Sequence record: NC_070957.1
DNA: 64,000 nucleotides
Direction: 5' to 3' (one strand)
Part shown: one piece after another, positions 8,644 to 19,005 of the stretch
Position numbering within the stretch: position 1 is the first letter of the stretch
Layout of the letters: every line of letters begins with the position of its first letter
Notes under the pieces: generated by a model
Told to the model about the DNA's origin: nothing
Database searches by the model: none
The model's input: only the letters and a program-made list of their open reading frames with translations
Translations under genes and position numbers: made by a program

Positions 8644-10068
8644 ATGAATGTCGTCTATTATCTTGTCAGCACAGCTATTAAAGACAAGACGGTTGGTGTT
8701 TCGGGCGGTCATGGGTATTCCTACTCATCTCAACCCAACGGAAACACCAGAAAGTTGACCAAGGACACTCCATCCTCCTACGGATATTTCGTTAATGGAA
8801 GTCTGCAAAGCATTGCCGTCACTCAGGAAGGGATCTTCAATGGTCGTGGTCTTGGAGCACCAACACCATACGAAGCGTTCCTTTCTCACTTTGTAGCGCT
8901 GGTAGAACATCTGAAAGATAAAGAAGTCGAGAAGCTCCTGATCATACACAACTGTCCTAATGGACAGAAACTGTTGAAAGCAGCAACCCTGACCGAAAAG
9001 TTTCGTAACAACGAACTGGTTCTGAGAGCACGGGAAAGGTTCAAAGAGCTGGGTGATCGTGTCATCCTTGATGACGAGTATTACGTTAAAGGTGGCGAAG
9101 GTGCCAAGCAAGCCCATAAACAATTGGACTTCGCAAAGGCCCTGGTAGAAGTCGGGCAACTCCAGATGGATGTCATTGATGAAATGACACCTAAAGAGTT
9201 TAAGAATCCCGAGAATGACTTCAACAAGATAGTGACCGCATCCCGCTGGTATTTCAATACCGGTGATCGTTCGACGCATTACAACGTTGATGATAAAGGT
9301 TACTTGGAGTATAACTTTGGTCGTCCCGAGCCAGCCAAGCATTATTACGGCAAGGCCACCCCGGACACCATGTACTCCAGTTTGTTCACCAAGAAACCAA
9401 TTACGGTTCTGGATAAACTGTACGACTTCTGTAAGGAACGTAAACCGAATCCATATAACCTGCTTGCAGCAGCGAATGTGGACATGGTTAAGTCCAAGGA
9501 GATTAGTCGGATTATCGACATCCTCCCTGGTACCGTGCAACGTAACAGTTTGGTAGCTCCAATGGAGATAGGTGGGAAGGAAGATCCCATCTTGGTCGAT
9601 TTTATCGATCCCCCTGGTCTGTCCTACCGTATCGTTGATTTCCATGAAAAGCTTCGGTACTACCACACCTTCTTCCAGATGCGAGATGAAAATAATGTTC
9701 ATGGCAAATCAGCCTTTGTGGACATTACCAATCTTTTCTATCTTACTGACGAAAAGGGTAAAGTAAAAATCCATCCTGGGTTCACCAACAACACAATCAC
9801 CATTCCCATTCCTGTGGAATGTCCTGGTTGTGTTAAACCGGTGACTATTAACTTGGCGATCAAGTATGATTGTCCTGAGCGTAATGCTTTCAACAGCCTG
9901 ATCAATAACAAGGTTGTTGATTTCAAGGTATGGCTTGGTTTGGACTTCTCCAATGAGTCGGGTGTTCGGTATTACACCATCATCGAGACTCCGGAGTTCA
10001 ACTATATTCATTCCAACGCTTCAGCCAATCTGCGTGTGTACAACCTGAAAGAACTCGGTCGTAGTTAA
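8644..10068 (+). CDS. RNase H-like fold protein of phiKZ-like phages, probably catalytically degenerate (474 aa)
   Basis: N-terminal pattern VSGGHGYSY ... ALVEHL ... LLIIHN ... YVKGGEG follows RNase HI topology, but the acidic catalytic positions are substituted. Confidence 0.6.
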   Translation: MNVVYYLVSTAIKDKTVGVSGGHGYSYSSQPNGNTRKLTKDTPSSYGYFVNGSLQSIAVTQEGIFNGRGLGAPTPYEAFLSHFVALVEHLKDKEVEKLLIIHNCPNGQKLLKAATLTEKFRNNELVLRARERFKELGDRVILDDEYYVKGGEGAKQAHKQLDFAKALVEVGQLQMDVIDEMTPKEFKNPENDFNKIVTASRWYFNTGDRSTHYNVDDKGYLEYNFGRPEPAKHYYGKATPDTMYSSLFTKKPITVLDKLYDFCKERKPNPYNLLAAANVDMVKSKEISRIIDILPGTVQRNSLVAPMEIGGKEDPILVDFIDPPGLSYRIVDFHEKLRYYHTFFQMRDENNVHGKSAFVDITNLFYLTDEKGKVKIHPGFTNNTITIPIPVECPGCVKPVTINLAIKYDCPERNAFNSLINNKVVDFKVWLGLDFSNESGVRYYTIIETPEFNYIHSNASANLRVYNLKELGRS

Positions 10069-10084
10069 GAACGTAATTAAAGTA

Positions 10085-10116
10085 ACCCTCACCTCCCTTG
10101 ACGGGGAGGTGAGGGT
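10085..10116. terminator. Bidirectional terminator hairpin
   Basis: accctcacctccc-ttgacg-gggaggtgagggt, perfect 13-bp stem between convergent genes. Confidence 0.85.
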
Positions 10117-10130
10117 CTTTATCTTATTTG

Positions 10131-11078
10131 TTATTTTTCAGAGGGGTCAAAACCCATGAACGCCTCGAGGTCGGCGGGTTCGATCATATCGATCGGCCTG
10201 AAAGCTTTTGCCACATCACCACCGGCTTCACAGAGACGGAAGATGAGTTTATTACAGCTATCGATCGCCCGGCCCAGTTCGTTGTTCATCTTGGTCAGGA
10301 AGTTGGTCACCTTGTTGGCGTGACGTTGTTCCATTTCCGTACCAGTTGCCAGCATCTTGTTATAGATCTCAGCGAACTTGGTGTTCTCTGCAACAGATTT
10401 GGATTGGAGGGCACGATAGGCACCGCGCAGTCCTTGAACCAACGATGCCAGGTTGTAAGCTTCTGCTGTGGTTTTTACGACACCGCTGAAGTTACCATCT
10501 TTACGACGCTCGATCATGGAATCGACTTTGTCGTAAGCCGCCTGGATTGCTTTGAACTCCGCTTCGAAGGTGGGGCACTTCTCACCGATGGTCTCGGCTG
10601 ACTTGCAAACGTCATTGATCATGCCGTTCTTGTTAGTGACGTACTTGTCACTCAAACCCTTCAAGGTTGCAGGGAGAGGTTTGGCCAGCAGGACGTTGAG
10701 TTCTTTGGCTTTAGTCTCTGCCTTAGCTTTGACTTCCTCGGACGCTGTCTTGATTTCAGCTTCCACTGTTTTAGAGACCTTATTGGTATCAGCCACAGCT
10801 TTGGTAACAGCTTGATCTTGACCACGACCTTTAGAGCCAAAGAAGAAGTCCTTGACCATCTTCAGAAAGTTCATTACCATTTCGTAGAACTTCTTACCAG
10901 CACCAACGATCGCAGTACCGAGACCTTCATTCCCTGCAATGTCTTCGAGTCCATTGAGACGGAGACAGGTATGAAGGTATTCACCATCAGGACCTTCCAG
11001 TTTGCCGGTTGTGTTCAGTTCTTCAAACCCCGCCAACAGGGCGTCGGTATGGTCCGGCATACCAAAAGCAATATTCAT
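10131..11078 (-). CDS. Putative inner-head (ejection) protein (315 aa)
   Basis: Start reassigned to 11078 (AAGGAG RBS). Short acidic propeptide ending IAGNEG, then the amphipathic helix KKFYEMVMNFLKMVKDFF, typical of protease-processed phiKZ-like head proteins. Confidence 0.65.
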   Translation of the reverse strand: MNIAFGMPDHTDALLAGFEELNTTGKLEGPDGEYLHTCLRLNGLEDIAGNEGLGTAIVGAGKKFYEMVMNFLKMVKDFFFGSKGRGQDQAVTKAVADTNKVSKTVEAEIKTASEEVKAKAETKAKELNVLLAKPLPATLKGLSDKYVTNKNGMINDVCKSAETIGEKCPTFEAEFKAIQAAYDKVDSMIERRKDGNFSGVVKTTAEAYNLASLVQGLRGAYRALQSKSVAENTKFAEIYNKMLATGTEMEQRHANKVTNFLTKMNNELGRAIDSCNKLIFRLCEAGGDVAKAFRPIDMIEPADLEAFMGFDPSEK

Positions 11079-11088
11079 GTAAAGCTCC

Positions 11089-13215
11089 TTAGAAAATATC
11101 GAGAATGTTAGCCCGCTTGAAAATAGGCATTGCACGTTTGACAGTAAGTTCCAGATCTACTTCGAGATCTTTGTCCAGTGTAGGAACATCCCAAACCATC
11201 CCAGATTCAAAACCACCGAATGCAATCGGATTCTGGTTGAGTTGTTTCAGACCAGGGATCTTACCACCACCCATTAGTTGGTTCACCAGCTCTTCGGACC
11301 ACTGCATGATATCGATGGAACGAGAGGTGATGTTTTCTTCTTTACCAGTGTCCAAGTCGAAGAGATAGACAAAGCATTCTTCATCTTGCCCACGACGATA
11401 AATCCGAGCGATGGTCTGTACCAGTTCGTAAGAACGGAACGGGGAGTTCATCAAAAGGATTTGGTTTGCCATGGTCATTTGTCTACCTTCACGCAGAGTG
11501 TTGAAGGTGGTGACGAGCGGGTTGATTTCAGGTCTGTTGGTGAACTCATTAATGATGGTGTTGATCTCATTGGTGTTCTCACCGTACAGAGGACTCGCAA
11601 TCATCCCTTGTGTTTCCAGATAACTTACTACCTCGTGCACAACGTCAACGTAAGAGGTGTAGACAAGCGTCTTCTTCTTAACAGCGTTGATGTACTTGGG
11701 AAGGTCTGCGTGAGCAATGGTAAGCCTTACAGCTTCCATACGGGCTTTACCGAGGACATTACCCAGCGCTTCACCACGGATCTTCAAATTCACATACTTG
11801 ACGGCGGATTTGATGTGACGCCAGTATTTGCGTTGTTCACCGGTCATCCCCACAGTCTGTTCCATCTCTCGCTCAAACTCGTTAGCGAACTTGGAAAGCG
11901 GACCATCGGTGGAGTTGTCGAAACCCTTGGTTCTGAACTTGTTAACGATCTCCAGATACTTGCGGAGTTTCTCGATATTGACTTTATCGTGAACCACTGC
12001 TTGTCTGTAGGCGTTAACAATGGATGTCCAGTCTTCCAGGTATTCGTCGGCCATGGATGCGTAGAAACGAACCCGATCGGTGATGAACATCGCCATTTCA
12101 GCGCGAATAGCGTCCAGAGTGAAGTTCTCTGCACCAGGGAACTTAACCTTCACGATGATAGGTTCCGGAGGACTATCCATATTCGTAATTGCAGAAATGG
12201 TGTACTTGATCCGACCCAGTCGATGCGCAAGCATCTCGTTAAGGTAGGTGTTGTCGCGACCATAGAGCTTGAGGAACTGACTGTGTACAGCTTCATCGAA
12301 CATCGGGTCGATGATGTTGAAGAGTGTAAAGGTTTCTTTACCCTGTGCCTTAATCGGCGTTCCGGACATCATCAAGACATCGGAAATAAATGGGTTCTTG
12401 CAAAACGAAGCCAAACCTTTGGACTGAGAAGAAGTGTGTACGTTGTAGTTATGGGATTCATCAACAATAACTTTGGCGGGATTCCTTCCTGACTTAGTGA
12501 TTGTTTTGATGGCCAGATCCCATTCACCGGTTCGGATTTGTTCTTTGTGGATAATGAATATCTTGGCGTCCAGGTGATCCATGATATCAGTACCGTCCAA
12601 AGTGGACCAAACCTTTGGTGGGTTTTTGTACAGTTTGTTGATCTCTTCTTTCCAAGGGTTATCGACCAATCCCTTAGGAACGATAACGAAGATAGCTCCG
12701 TCACTGATCATCTCCGCCCAGATCAGAGACGTTGGGGTCTTACCACTCCCTACTGCCGCATCCAGAAGACAACCACGTAGTTTGAACCCCTCTCTGATCC
12801 CATTGTAATTATCTAAGAAATCACGCTGGTCAGGATATGGTGTGATGGTAAATTTCTTCAGTGCTTTATTGACGTCATGGGACGGGAAAGTACGGAAAGT
12901 GCTTTCAACCCAAGTCTGAGTTTTGATCTCATCGTAGAGTTGTTTGTACTTGTGCATACCAACGTAGTAGCGGTCAACAACACGCTTGTTACTTTGGTTT
13001 GTAAGATGATGAATCAACCAGGTGAATTCGATCATAAAGAACTGGTGAATCTTAAACGACCTTGAGGAGGTCCGAGTAATCAGGCGGCTGAATATTACGC
13101 TCGTTCCGAAATTACTCGATAAATCGTGTTCGAATGCTTTTACATTTATACCACTTACGGTATAGTAGGAACCCACCTTTTCTATTTTAGGTGAGAAGTT
13201 AAAGAAACCCTGCAT
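11089..13215 (-). CDS. SF2 (SNF2/DEAD-like) helicase (708 aa)
   Basis: Motifs LDAAVGSGKT (I), IVDESHN (II), MSGTPIK (III), TLREGRQM (V) and QTIARIYRRGQ (VI). Confidence 0.9.
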   Translation of the reverse strand: MQGFFNFSPKIEKVGSYYTVSGINVKAFEHDLSSNFGTSVIFSRLITRTSSRSFKIHQFFMIEFTWLIHHLTNQSNKRVVDRYYVGMHKYKQLYDEIKTQTWVESTFRTFPSHDVNKALKKFTITPYPDQRDFLDNYNGIREGFKLRGCLLDAAVGSGKTPTSLIWAEMISDGAIFVIVPKGLVDNPWKEEINKLYKNPPKVWSTLDGTDIMDHLDAKIFIIHKEQIRTGEWDLAIKTITKSGRNPAKVIVDESHNYNVHTSSQSKGLASFCKNPFISDVLMMSGTPIKAQGKETFTLFNIIDPMFDEAVHSQFLKLYGRDNTYLNEMLAHRLGRIKYTISAITNMDSPPEPIIVKVKFPGAENFTLDAIRAEMAMFITDRVRFYASMADEYLEDWTSIVNAYRQAVVHDKVNIEKLRKYLEIVNKFRTKGFDNSTDGPLSKFANEFEREMEQTVGMTGEQRKYWRHIKSAVKYVNLKIRGEALGNVLGKARMEAVRLTIAHADLPKYINAVKKKTLVYTSYVDVVHEVVSYLETQGMIASPLYGENTNEINTIINEFTNRPEINPLVTTFNTLREGRQMTMANQILLMNSPFRSYELVQTIARIYRRGQDEECFVYLFDLDTGKEENITSRSIDIMQWSEELVNQLMGGGKIPGLKQLNQNPIAFGGFESGMVWDVPTLDKDLEVDLELTVKRAMPIFKRANILDIF

Positions 13216-13230
13216 AACGGAACCTTAGTC

Positions 13231-14328
13231 ATGAAGAAATTGGAAAGTTTGAATTTTGAGAACCTGATCAACCATGTTTACGCCATGGGTTTACAGCTCG
13301 GTGAGAACATCGATTGCGCCGCTGATGATAAAGTGGTTGATGGTCATGTCATAGCATCGGTTGGTGTCCACCGTTTCGTGGTTCGTAACGACACCTGGGA
13401 CACTTTCGTCAACGTGGTGAACAACGGTACAACCGACGAGTTTTACGGAATGGTCAACTCCGTTCAAGTGGCTATTCGTTACGAGGTGATCATGGAATCA
13501 CCCAACGATTACAAAGTCATTCCTGTCGTTGGCACCGAAGTGAAAGAAATTCCGAAGGCGTTGGAGCAGCTCTTGCTGGAACGCACAACAGGTCTGATGA
13601 GCATCTGTGCCGGGGCAATGGGTCGGATCGCCAAACTCGTGAATATCGCTCAAGATCGAAACCAGCGTAATGGCGAACTGGTCAAAGACTTTGATGCGAT
13701 GCTCACTTTCAACACTGAGCTCGGTCATGGCTTCAAGCCAGAACTCTGCTTCGACAAGATTCCGGCCATTCTTCGTGAATACGAAGGTTTCCATATCGAC
13801 CGCACTCCGTTCACTCAGGAGCTCAAGGAGCAATTCCTGACCCACGAGTACAAACTGATCGACCGTGAGCTGGAAATCCTCCACGACGTCGTACAGGCGT
13901 TCCTGAACTCCAAAGCAGTCAAGTCTATGGTCTTGGCCGAGGAGCTCGCGATCAACGTAGTAAACAGTGCACTGGTCGCACCACTGCTGGATCAGCAAAT
14001 CACCTTTATCAGTTTCGGCGGAGTTGACAACTGGCGGTTGACCGGGGATCTCACTCCTAACAGTCAGAAGTGTCACGACATCATGGATGTTGAAATCGAA
14101 AGTATCATGGACATGCTTCGGACACTCCCGCTGGAAGAAGGTGTCGACTATTGGGCGATCGATACCAAGACTCTCAACGTTTACGGCCGGACCGAACTGA
14201 ATGCAACCAGTGAGAAACCTCACGACATTTCGGAAGCTATTTCCCTGAGCTATTGTGATGGTCTCCTTGAACTGTTGAAAGTTCGTCTGAGCATGCACGA
14301 TAACAAACACGTTATCACTATCAACTAA
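13231..14328 (+). CDS. Hypothetical protein (365 aa)
   Basis: Long ORF with phage-like codon usage, followed by a convergent terminator. Confidence 0.75.
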   Translation: MKKLESLNFENLINHVYAMGLQLGENIDCAADDKVVDGHVIASVGVHRFVVRNDTWDTFVNVVNNGTTDEFYGMVNSVQVAIRYEVIMESPNDYKVIPVVGTEVKEIPKALEQLLLERTTGLMSICAGAMGRIAKLVNIAQDRNQRNGELVKDFDAMLTFNTELGHGFKPELCFDKIPAILREYEGFHIDRTPFTQELKEQFLTHEYKLIDRELEILHDVVQAFLNSKAVKSMVLAEELAINVVNSALVAPLLDQQITFISFGGVDNWRLTGDLTPNSQKCHDIMDVEIESIMDMLRTLPLEEGVDYWAIDTKTLNVYGRTELNATSEKPHDISEAISLSYCDGLLELLKVRLSMHDNKHVITIN

Positions 14329-14336
14329 CAAACAAA

Positions 14337-14369
14337 AGACCCTAGGGCCGGTTTCCCAGCCCTAGGTCT
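14337..14369. terminator. Bidirectional terminator hairpin
   Basis: agaccctagggc...gccctaggtct inverted repeat (one bulge) between convergent genes. Confidence 0.75.
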
Positions 14370-14377
14370 TTATGGTA

Positions 14378-15145
14378 TTAGTTCAACTTCGGAAGTTGGA
14401 TCACGTGGTTGGTCATGATAGCAGTGAGGTTGCTCAGCTGTTCGGTAATGAAACCAACATACTGCACTGCTTGAGCCAACGTGTTCAGTGACTCATTCAG
14501 AATTTCCTGTTGGGGTTCACTGAGACTGATTTCCTGCTCCAGGATTTTCCGCTTGAGCAGATCAGCCATCCTGATTACTTCGTCTGCGCTCTTCGCCAGC
14601 ATTTCGGCATCACGAGCGTTCAACTTACCGGCAACGCGGTTGAAGTTATCGAAGATATCTTTACCAATGGTCCAGTTGGGATAGAGTTCACTAACCGGAC
14701 GAGTGGACGGATTCCCAACGGTGAATACCAGGTCGGTTTTGGCTTTCAGATCAAAGATCAGAGTCATTGTGTCATGATTAAACATTGCCACAGGGACTTG
14801 ACCTTTAGCTGCCGCCAGCTTCAGACCACGGTAAACTGATTCACAACCGGTGGTAGCAATTTGCATTGCACCGATAGCTTGCAGACACAATTCCACGTAT
14901 TCCTGGAAGGAACATTTCGCCGGGTTAAAAAGAACTGGCGATTGGATATGTTTGTAAGCAATATCGAAATAGTTATTTTTGTGACGGAGGGTGTTGAACA
15001 AACCACCATCTTTAATAACGTGAACCGACTTGTTGAAATTGCGAGCATTGAACTTGTCGATGCCGAGGCTCAGCTCAGAAAAGAAGGACGAAACCTTCTC
15101 GGACAGAGTCAGGGCTTCCTGACCCGCGATATTCGCGATTGACAT
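14378..15145 (-). CDS. Putative head protein (255 aa)
   Basis: GGAG RBS; N-terminus MSIANIAGQEAL has a G-x-E prohead-protease-type site; adjacent to the RecA-like gene as in phiKZ-like phages (inference). Confidence 0.65.
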   Translation of the reverse strand: MSIANIAGQEALTLSEKVSSFFSELSLGIDKFNARNFNKSVHVIKDGGLFNTLRHKNNYFDIAYKHIQSPVLFNPAKCSFQEYVELCLQAIGAMQIATTGCESVYRGLKLAAAKGQVPVAMFNHDTMTLIFDLKAKTDLVFTVGNPSTRPVSELYPNWTIGKDIFDNFNRVAGKLNARDAEMLAKSADEVIRMADLLKRKILEQEISLSEPQQEILNESLNTLAQAVQYVGFITEQLSNLTAIMTNHVIQLPKLN

Positions 15146-15201
15146 ACTTTGGTTATCTCCAAACCGTAACGAGTTTCATAAGATAAATTAAGAGGGCATA
15201 T

Positions 15202-16665
15202 ATGCTGGGTGCATTGGATTTCCTGAAAAACTATTCTGCTGAATCTGACCTTCAGATTGGGCTGAACGTTTCTCCCATTTTCGACATGCTGACAACCAGC
15301 ATGATCAAAGACCATCGTGGTGTCTGGGTACAGAACGGTGGCCTCATGCCTATCAACGCTCTGGCCGGTGGCAACAACACTCAGAAGACAGGTCGTACTG
15401 TGAAAGACACTGCGGCGTTGCTCTACCGTTTCCAAACCGCCAAAGTGTTGTACGGTGACTCTGAATCCACTCTGGACATTTCCCGTCTGGCCGAAGAGGT
15501 TGACCGTCTGTTTGATGAAGAGGGCTACTTCGAAGAGCACATCAACAACAAGCGTTTCTTCTACATGCCGTACTCTGCCGGGATCGATGGGACCGAACTT
15601 CACCGTCGTGTCCAAGAGATCTTCACTCGTATCGATGCGTTGTCCAAGTCCAAGGACAAGGACGAACAGGCTGCTTACGAAGGAATGTTCATCGACACTC
15701 CGTTCGTTTCTGCCAAGACCGGTAAACGGATTCGCGTCCAGGGTCCGATGTTGTTCATCATGGACTCCATCTCCGAAATTCTGTTCGACACGCTCATGTT
15801 CAAACAGTTCGATGATGGTGACATCGATGAAGGCGGCAAGAAGCGTACCCGTGACATGGAAATCGGTAACATGCGTCGCATCCTGATGACTGACGTCTGT
15901 ATGCTCGGTCCGCGTGTCGGACTCCGGAGTTACTGGATCGCTCAGTCCGCTGACGTCATGAACATCGATGGTAAGCCCAAGGAAAAAGACTCCACCTTCC
16001 TGCGTCACAACAAGAAGATCGCCGCCCCGAAAGCGATTCTCAAACTTCCGCACATTGGTGTGGAGATCATCCGCGGTGCGGTACTGAAACAGAACGACCA
16101 CTCTGTTACCTACCCCCGTGGTAAAGAGTCCCAGATCTGTGCCAACGCCAAGAGCAATCCGGAACTGGTGGAATACAGCACCACTGTCTTCCGTAACAAG
16201 TCTGGTCAGTCTGGCGGTGACATCAAGTTTATCGGTTCCCAGGAAGAAGGTATCCTGGAATCTCTGAGCATGTACAACTCTCTGAAAGACGAAGGGTATT
16301 TCGGACTGAATGGATCGGCCATTCGTCACAACTGTGCCCTTATCCCAGACGTGTCACTCACCCGACCCACCGTCCGTGACATCCTGGACGAGAACAAGAA
16401 GCTCCGCCGTGCTATCGAGATCACGTGGCAACTCTGGTACATGCAGACCTTCTGGACCAACTTCCCGGCTGAATGGCGAATCGAGCCTGCCAAGCTCTAT
16501 GAAATGGGTAAAGAGAAGGGTCTGGATTGGGATGACATCCTCGAGAACACTGTGTACTTCTGGCACGACAACCCCGAGCACATCAAAGAACACACCCTTA
16601 CTGTTTACGAACTCCTCGAGATCGTAGTTAACGGTAAGAAGCCCTATTGGAAGGAAACTAAGTAA
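15202..16665 (+). CDS. RecA/UvsX-like recombinase ATPase (487 aa)
   Basis: Walker A-like LAGGNNTQKTG, YGDSESTL, and Walker B FIMDSISE. Confidence 0.75.
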   Translation: MLGALDFLKNYSAESDLQIGLNVSPIFDMLTTSMIKDHRGVWVQNGGLMPINALAGGNNTQKTGRTVKDTAALLYRFQTAKVLYGDSESTLDISRLAEEVDRLFDEEGYFEEHINNKRFFYMPYSAGIDGTELHRRVQEIFTRIDALSKSKDKDEQAAYEGMFIDTPFVSAKTGKRIRVQGPMLFIMDSISEILFDTLMFKQFDDGDIDEGGKKRTRDMEIGNMRRILMTDVCMLGPRVGLRSYWIAQSADVMNIDGKPKEKDSTFLRHNKKIAAPKAILKLPHIGVEIIRGAVLKQNDHSVTYPRGKESQICANAKSNPELVEYSTTVFRNKSGQSGGDIKFIGSQEEGILESLSMYNSLKDEGYFGLNGSAIRHNCALIPDVSLTRPTVRDILDENKKLRRAIEITWQLWYMQTFWTNFPAEWRIEPAKLYEMGKEKGLDWDDILENTVYFWHDNPEHIKEHTLTVYELLEIVVNGKKPYWKETK

Positions 16666-17033
16666 TGACCGAACAAACCAACACCTCGATGTTTTACGAC
16701 TACTCTGTGCTGGTAGTGGTGGAACCTGAGTTCGAATCCAAGGTTAAGGATATCGAGGCGTATCGTAACAACCTGGTCAAGCATCTGACCAAACGAGCGG
16801 GAGGGACCCCGCTCCGTATTGTGACCCCGAAAGGTAAATTTGGGTTCGTGGGTTTCGAAGAGATGGAAAGCGATGATCGTAACAAAACTGCGTTCGTTCG
16901 TTCTGTTGAGGATTATTTGACCCAACTTAACGAGATCGTGGTTGTTGCCAACTATCAGCAACATCCCTTCTTTGACGCTCTGAGCAACAGCGCCACAGGA
17001 GCAAGCAAGACGGTCTCTTTCTACGGCTATTAA
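16665..17033 (+). CDS. Hypothetical protein (122 aa)
   Basis: TAATG stop/start overlap with the upstream gene. Confidence 0.75.
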   Translation: MTEQTNTSMFYDYSVLVVVEPEFESKVKDIEAYRNNLVKHLTKRAGGTPLRIVTPKGKFGFVGFEEMESDDRNKTAFVRSVEDYLTQLNEIVVVANYQQHPFFDALSNSATGASKTVSFYGY

Positions 17034-17042
17034 GGAACCCTC

Positions 17043-17723
17043 ATGCTTAAAAACAGAAAAGAGATTCAGAATGACATCCTTTTCTTGGCAAAGCGTATAA
17101 CTCCCGGTGGTGGCAATCACCGGATTTATACCGCTCTGTTTGAAGAGATGTCCGATGATCAGTTCAAACTGTTCTGGAATGGCATCCATGATTCCGGTTT
17201 CATTCCTTTTATCGTTGACAACTACGATAACAAGGAAATGATCGATTATGACGGTATCGCCAAGCTCGCTAAGGAACTCAACATTCCATTGGAGCAGCGT
17301 ATCATTATGACCGATCCCGATACCGGGCTGGAACACACCACTCCTGAAACCTATCTGGTTGGTATTGCCGAAACCCGTAAACAACGCCAACTCCAGGCTA
17401 AGAAGTTTGGTGCATCCAAACATGACCACGATATCGAAGACTTGACTGGTCAACCTACTGGTGACTCTAAAGCCGGTGGTATCTCTAACCCCGAAATTCA
17501 GGTTCTGCTTTCGCTTGGTCTGAAGACTATGGCTAAAGAACTCGCTGACGTTCGTGGTGGTGATATTGGGGCTTACCAAGCTTACAAGAACGACATCATC
17601 TCTGGTGGTGAAACAACTGTTCAATCTACCCTGGAACGGGGAACTGGTGTTAAGTCCTTGAGGACAGCTCACTGGATGCTTCGTGGTCGACTGCTCGATA
17701 ACAACCTGCACCGGAGGGACTGA
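17043..17723 (+). CDS. Virion RNA polymerase beta subunit, C-terminal fragment (phiKZ gp149-like)
   Basis: LTGQPTGDSKAGGISNPEIQVLLSLGL...ELADVRGGD parallels the beta C-terminal TQQP..GK...GG...GEME...L...L.E....SDD pattern. Confidence 0.8.
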   Translation: MLKNRKEIQNDILFLAKRITPGGGNHRIYTALFEEMSDDQFKLFWNGIHDSGFIPFIVDNYDNKEMIDYDGIAKLAKELNIPLEQRIIMTDPDTGLEHTTPETYLVGIAETRKQRQLQAKKFGASKHDHDIEDLTGQPTGDSKAGGISNPEIQVLLSLGLKTMAKELADVRGGDIGAYQAYKNDIISGGETTVQSTLERGTGVKSLRTAHWMLRGRLLDNNLHRRD

Positions 17724-18226
17724 TGTGGTTTGATGAAACCGGTAAACCGGTAATGGAAGATCAGGTAGCCATGCTTATCGATGCAATCGCACTCGAAAAG
17801 ATGAATGAGCTCCAGGTCAATGGTGATGTGTCTAAATTCTGGACTGTCGTCTCTGACACGATTAACTCTTATCCGGTCGCTGCATTTATGCAGGCGTACA
17901 AAGACTTCACCTTTTATCTCCTGAACGATCCTTCGATGTGTAAAGAGCTTTTCGACTATACAACTTGTCTGGTTGTTCAGCTCCGTACGAAACCCTACTA
18001 CACGAAGGCGGTTGAAAGCAGTCTCTCTGTACTGACCCAGATCAAGAATCACGATGCGTTTGCTGACGTACTCGATGAAAACGTCCAGGGTCTGGATGTG
18101 ATCGCAGAGTTGTTGATGTTTATCCGACTCAACCATCGTGTGATCGAACGTCGCCTCATCGAGATGGCAGGTGGCCAGGTGAAACTCCCTCGACCTTCAT
18201 CGAAACAGGATGGAGGTGAAAGATGA
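17723..18226 (+). CDS. Conserved hypothetical protein (167 aa)
   Basis: TGATG overlap with the upstream gene. Confidence 0.75.
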   Translation: MWFDETGKPVMEDQVAMLIDAIALEKMNELQVNGDVSKFWTVVSDTINSYPVAAFMQAYKDFTFYLLNDPSMCKELFDYTTCLVVQLRTKPYYTKAVESSLSVLTQIKNHDAFADVLDENVQGLDVIAELLMFIRLNHRVIERRLIEMAGGQVKLPRPSSKQDGGER

Positions 18227-18951
18227 TCTCCATCTACACCGAGTTAGGGTCGTTGTTCGATGAACGAAGAATGATTCTATGTAAACTTGCTCGTGAAACT
18301 GTCGGATTTAAATTCGACTGGGTTCGTAATTTTCAGCAAGTGTATCAAGAACGTCTCTACGATGTTTTTGAGTATCCCGAATTCGGGATTACCGATGAAC
18401 GTTATAAAGAACGGTTTGAGCGTAGAAGTAAGGAAGATTTCGCGGATCGCCTCGAGAACTTCCTTTACCCGTCGAAGGTATGTCGGGATATGTTCAATAT
18501 CGTCCGAGAGTATGAATTCGGTGTGGGTAAGCTCCTCTCTGTTTCCAAGTTCACTGTGACTGTCAACACATGGCCATATGAACTGAACGACGAGGAGCAA
18601 GCGGAATTGATCGGTGCGATCAAGGGAACTGTTAGTTGGAGTTTCGACGTCAACTTGGTTCACCTTCCTCCCCAACAACTCATCCCGCACTTCCTTCATG
18701 GTTTCGATTACGTGTTCAAATACGACTACATGCTTTCACCTCACATGGGTAAGTATTGGGAGTTGTACGAGACCTCACTTCCTAGCAGAACCAAAATCGT
18801 GGTTCCTGGAGTGTTCAAAGGTAAAGTGACCCTTACAGATGGAATGGAAGCGGATTCGCCGAAAGACCTCATCTTTAAGTTAAGTGCATACCAGGGCGGT
18901 AAGGTTACCTGGATACCGTGCGATAAAAGCATTTATGACTCATACTCATAA
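18223..18951 (+). CDS. Conserved hypothetical protein (242 aa)
   Basis: ATGA overlap and GGAGG RBS. Confidence 0.75.
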   Translation: MISIYTELGSLFDERRMILCKLARETVGFKFDWVRNFQQVYQERLYDVFEYPEFGITDERYKERFERRSKEDFADRLENFLYPSKVCRDMFNIVREYEFGVGKLLSVSKFTVTVNTWPYELNDEEQAELIGAIKGTVSWSFDVNLVHLPPQQLIPHFLHGFDYVFKYDYMLSPHMGKYWELYETSLPSRTKIVVPGVFKGKVTLTDGMEADSPKDLIFKLSAYQGGKVTWIPCDKSIYDSYS

Positions 18952-18954
18952 ATC

Positions 18955-18984
18955 ACCTCCTAGGACCTACGGGTCCTAGGAGGT
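18955..18984. terminator. Bidirectional terminator hairpin with UNCG loop
   Basis: acctcctaggacc-tacg-ggtcctaggaggt, perfect 13-bp stem between convergent genes. Confidence 0.85.
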
Positions 18985-19005
18985 TTACTTTATGTTTGTT
19001 CTGTA

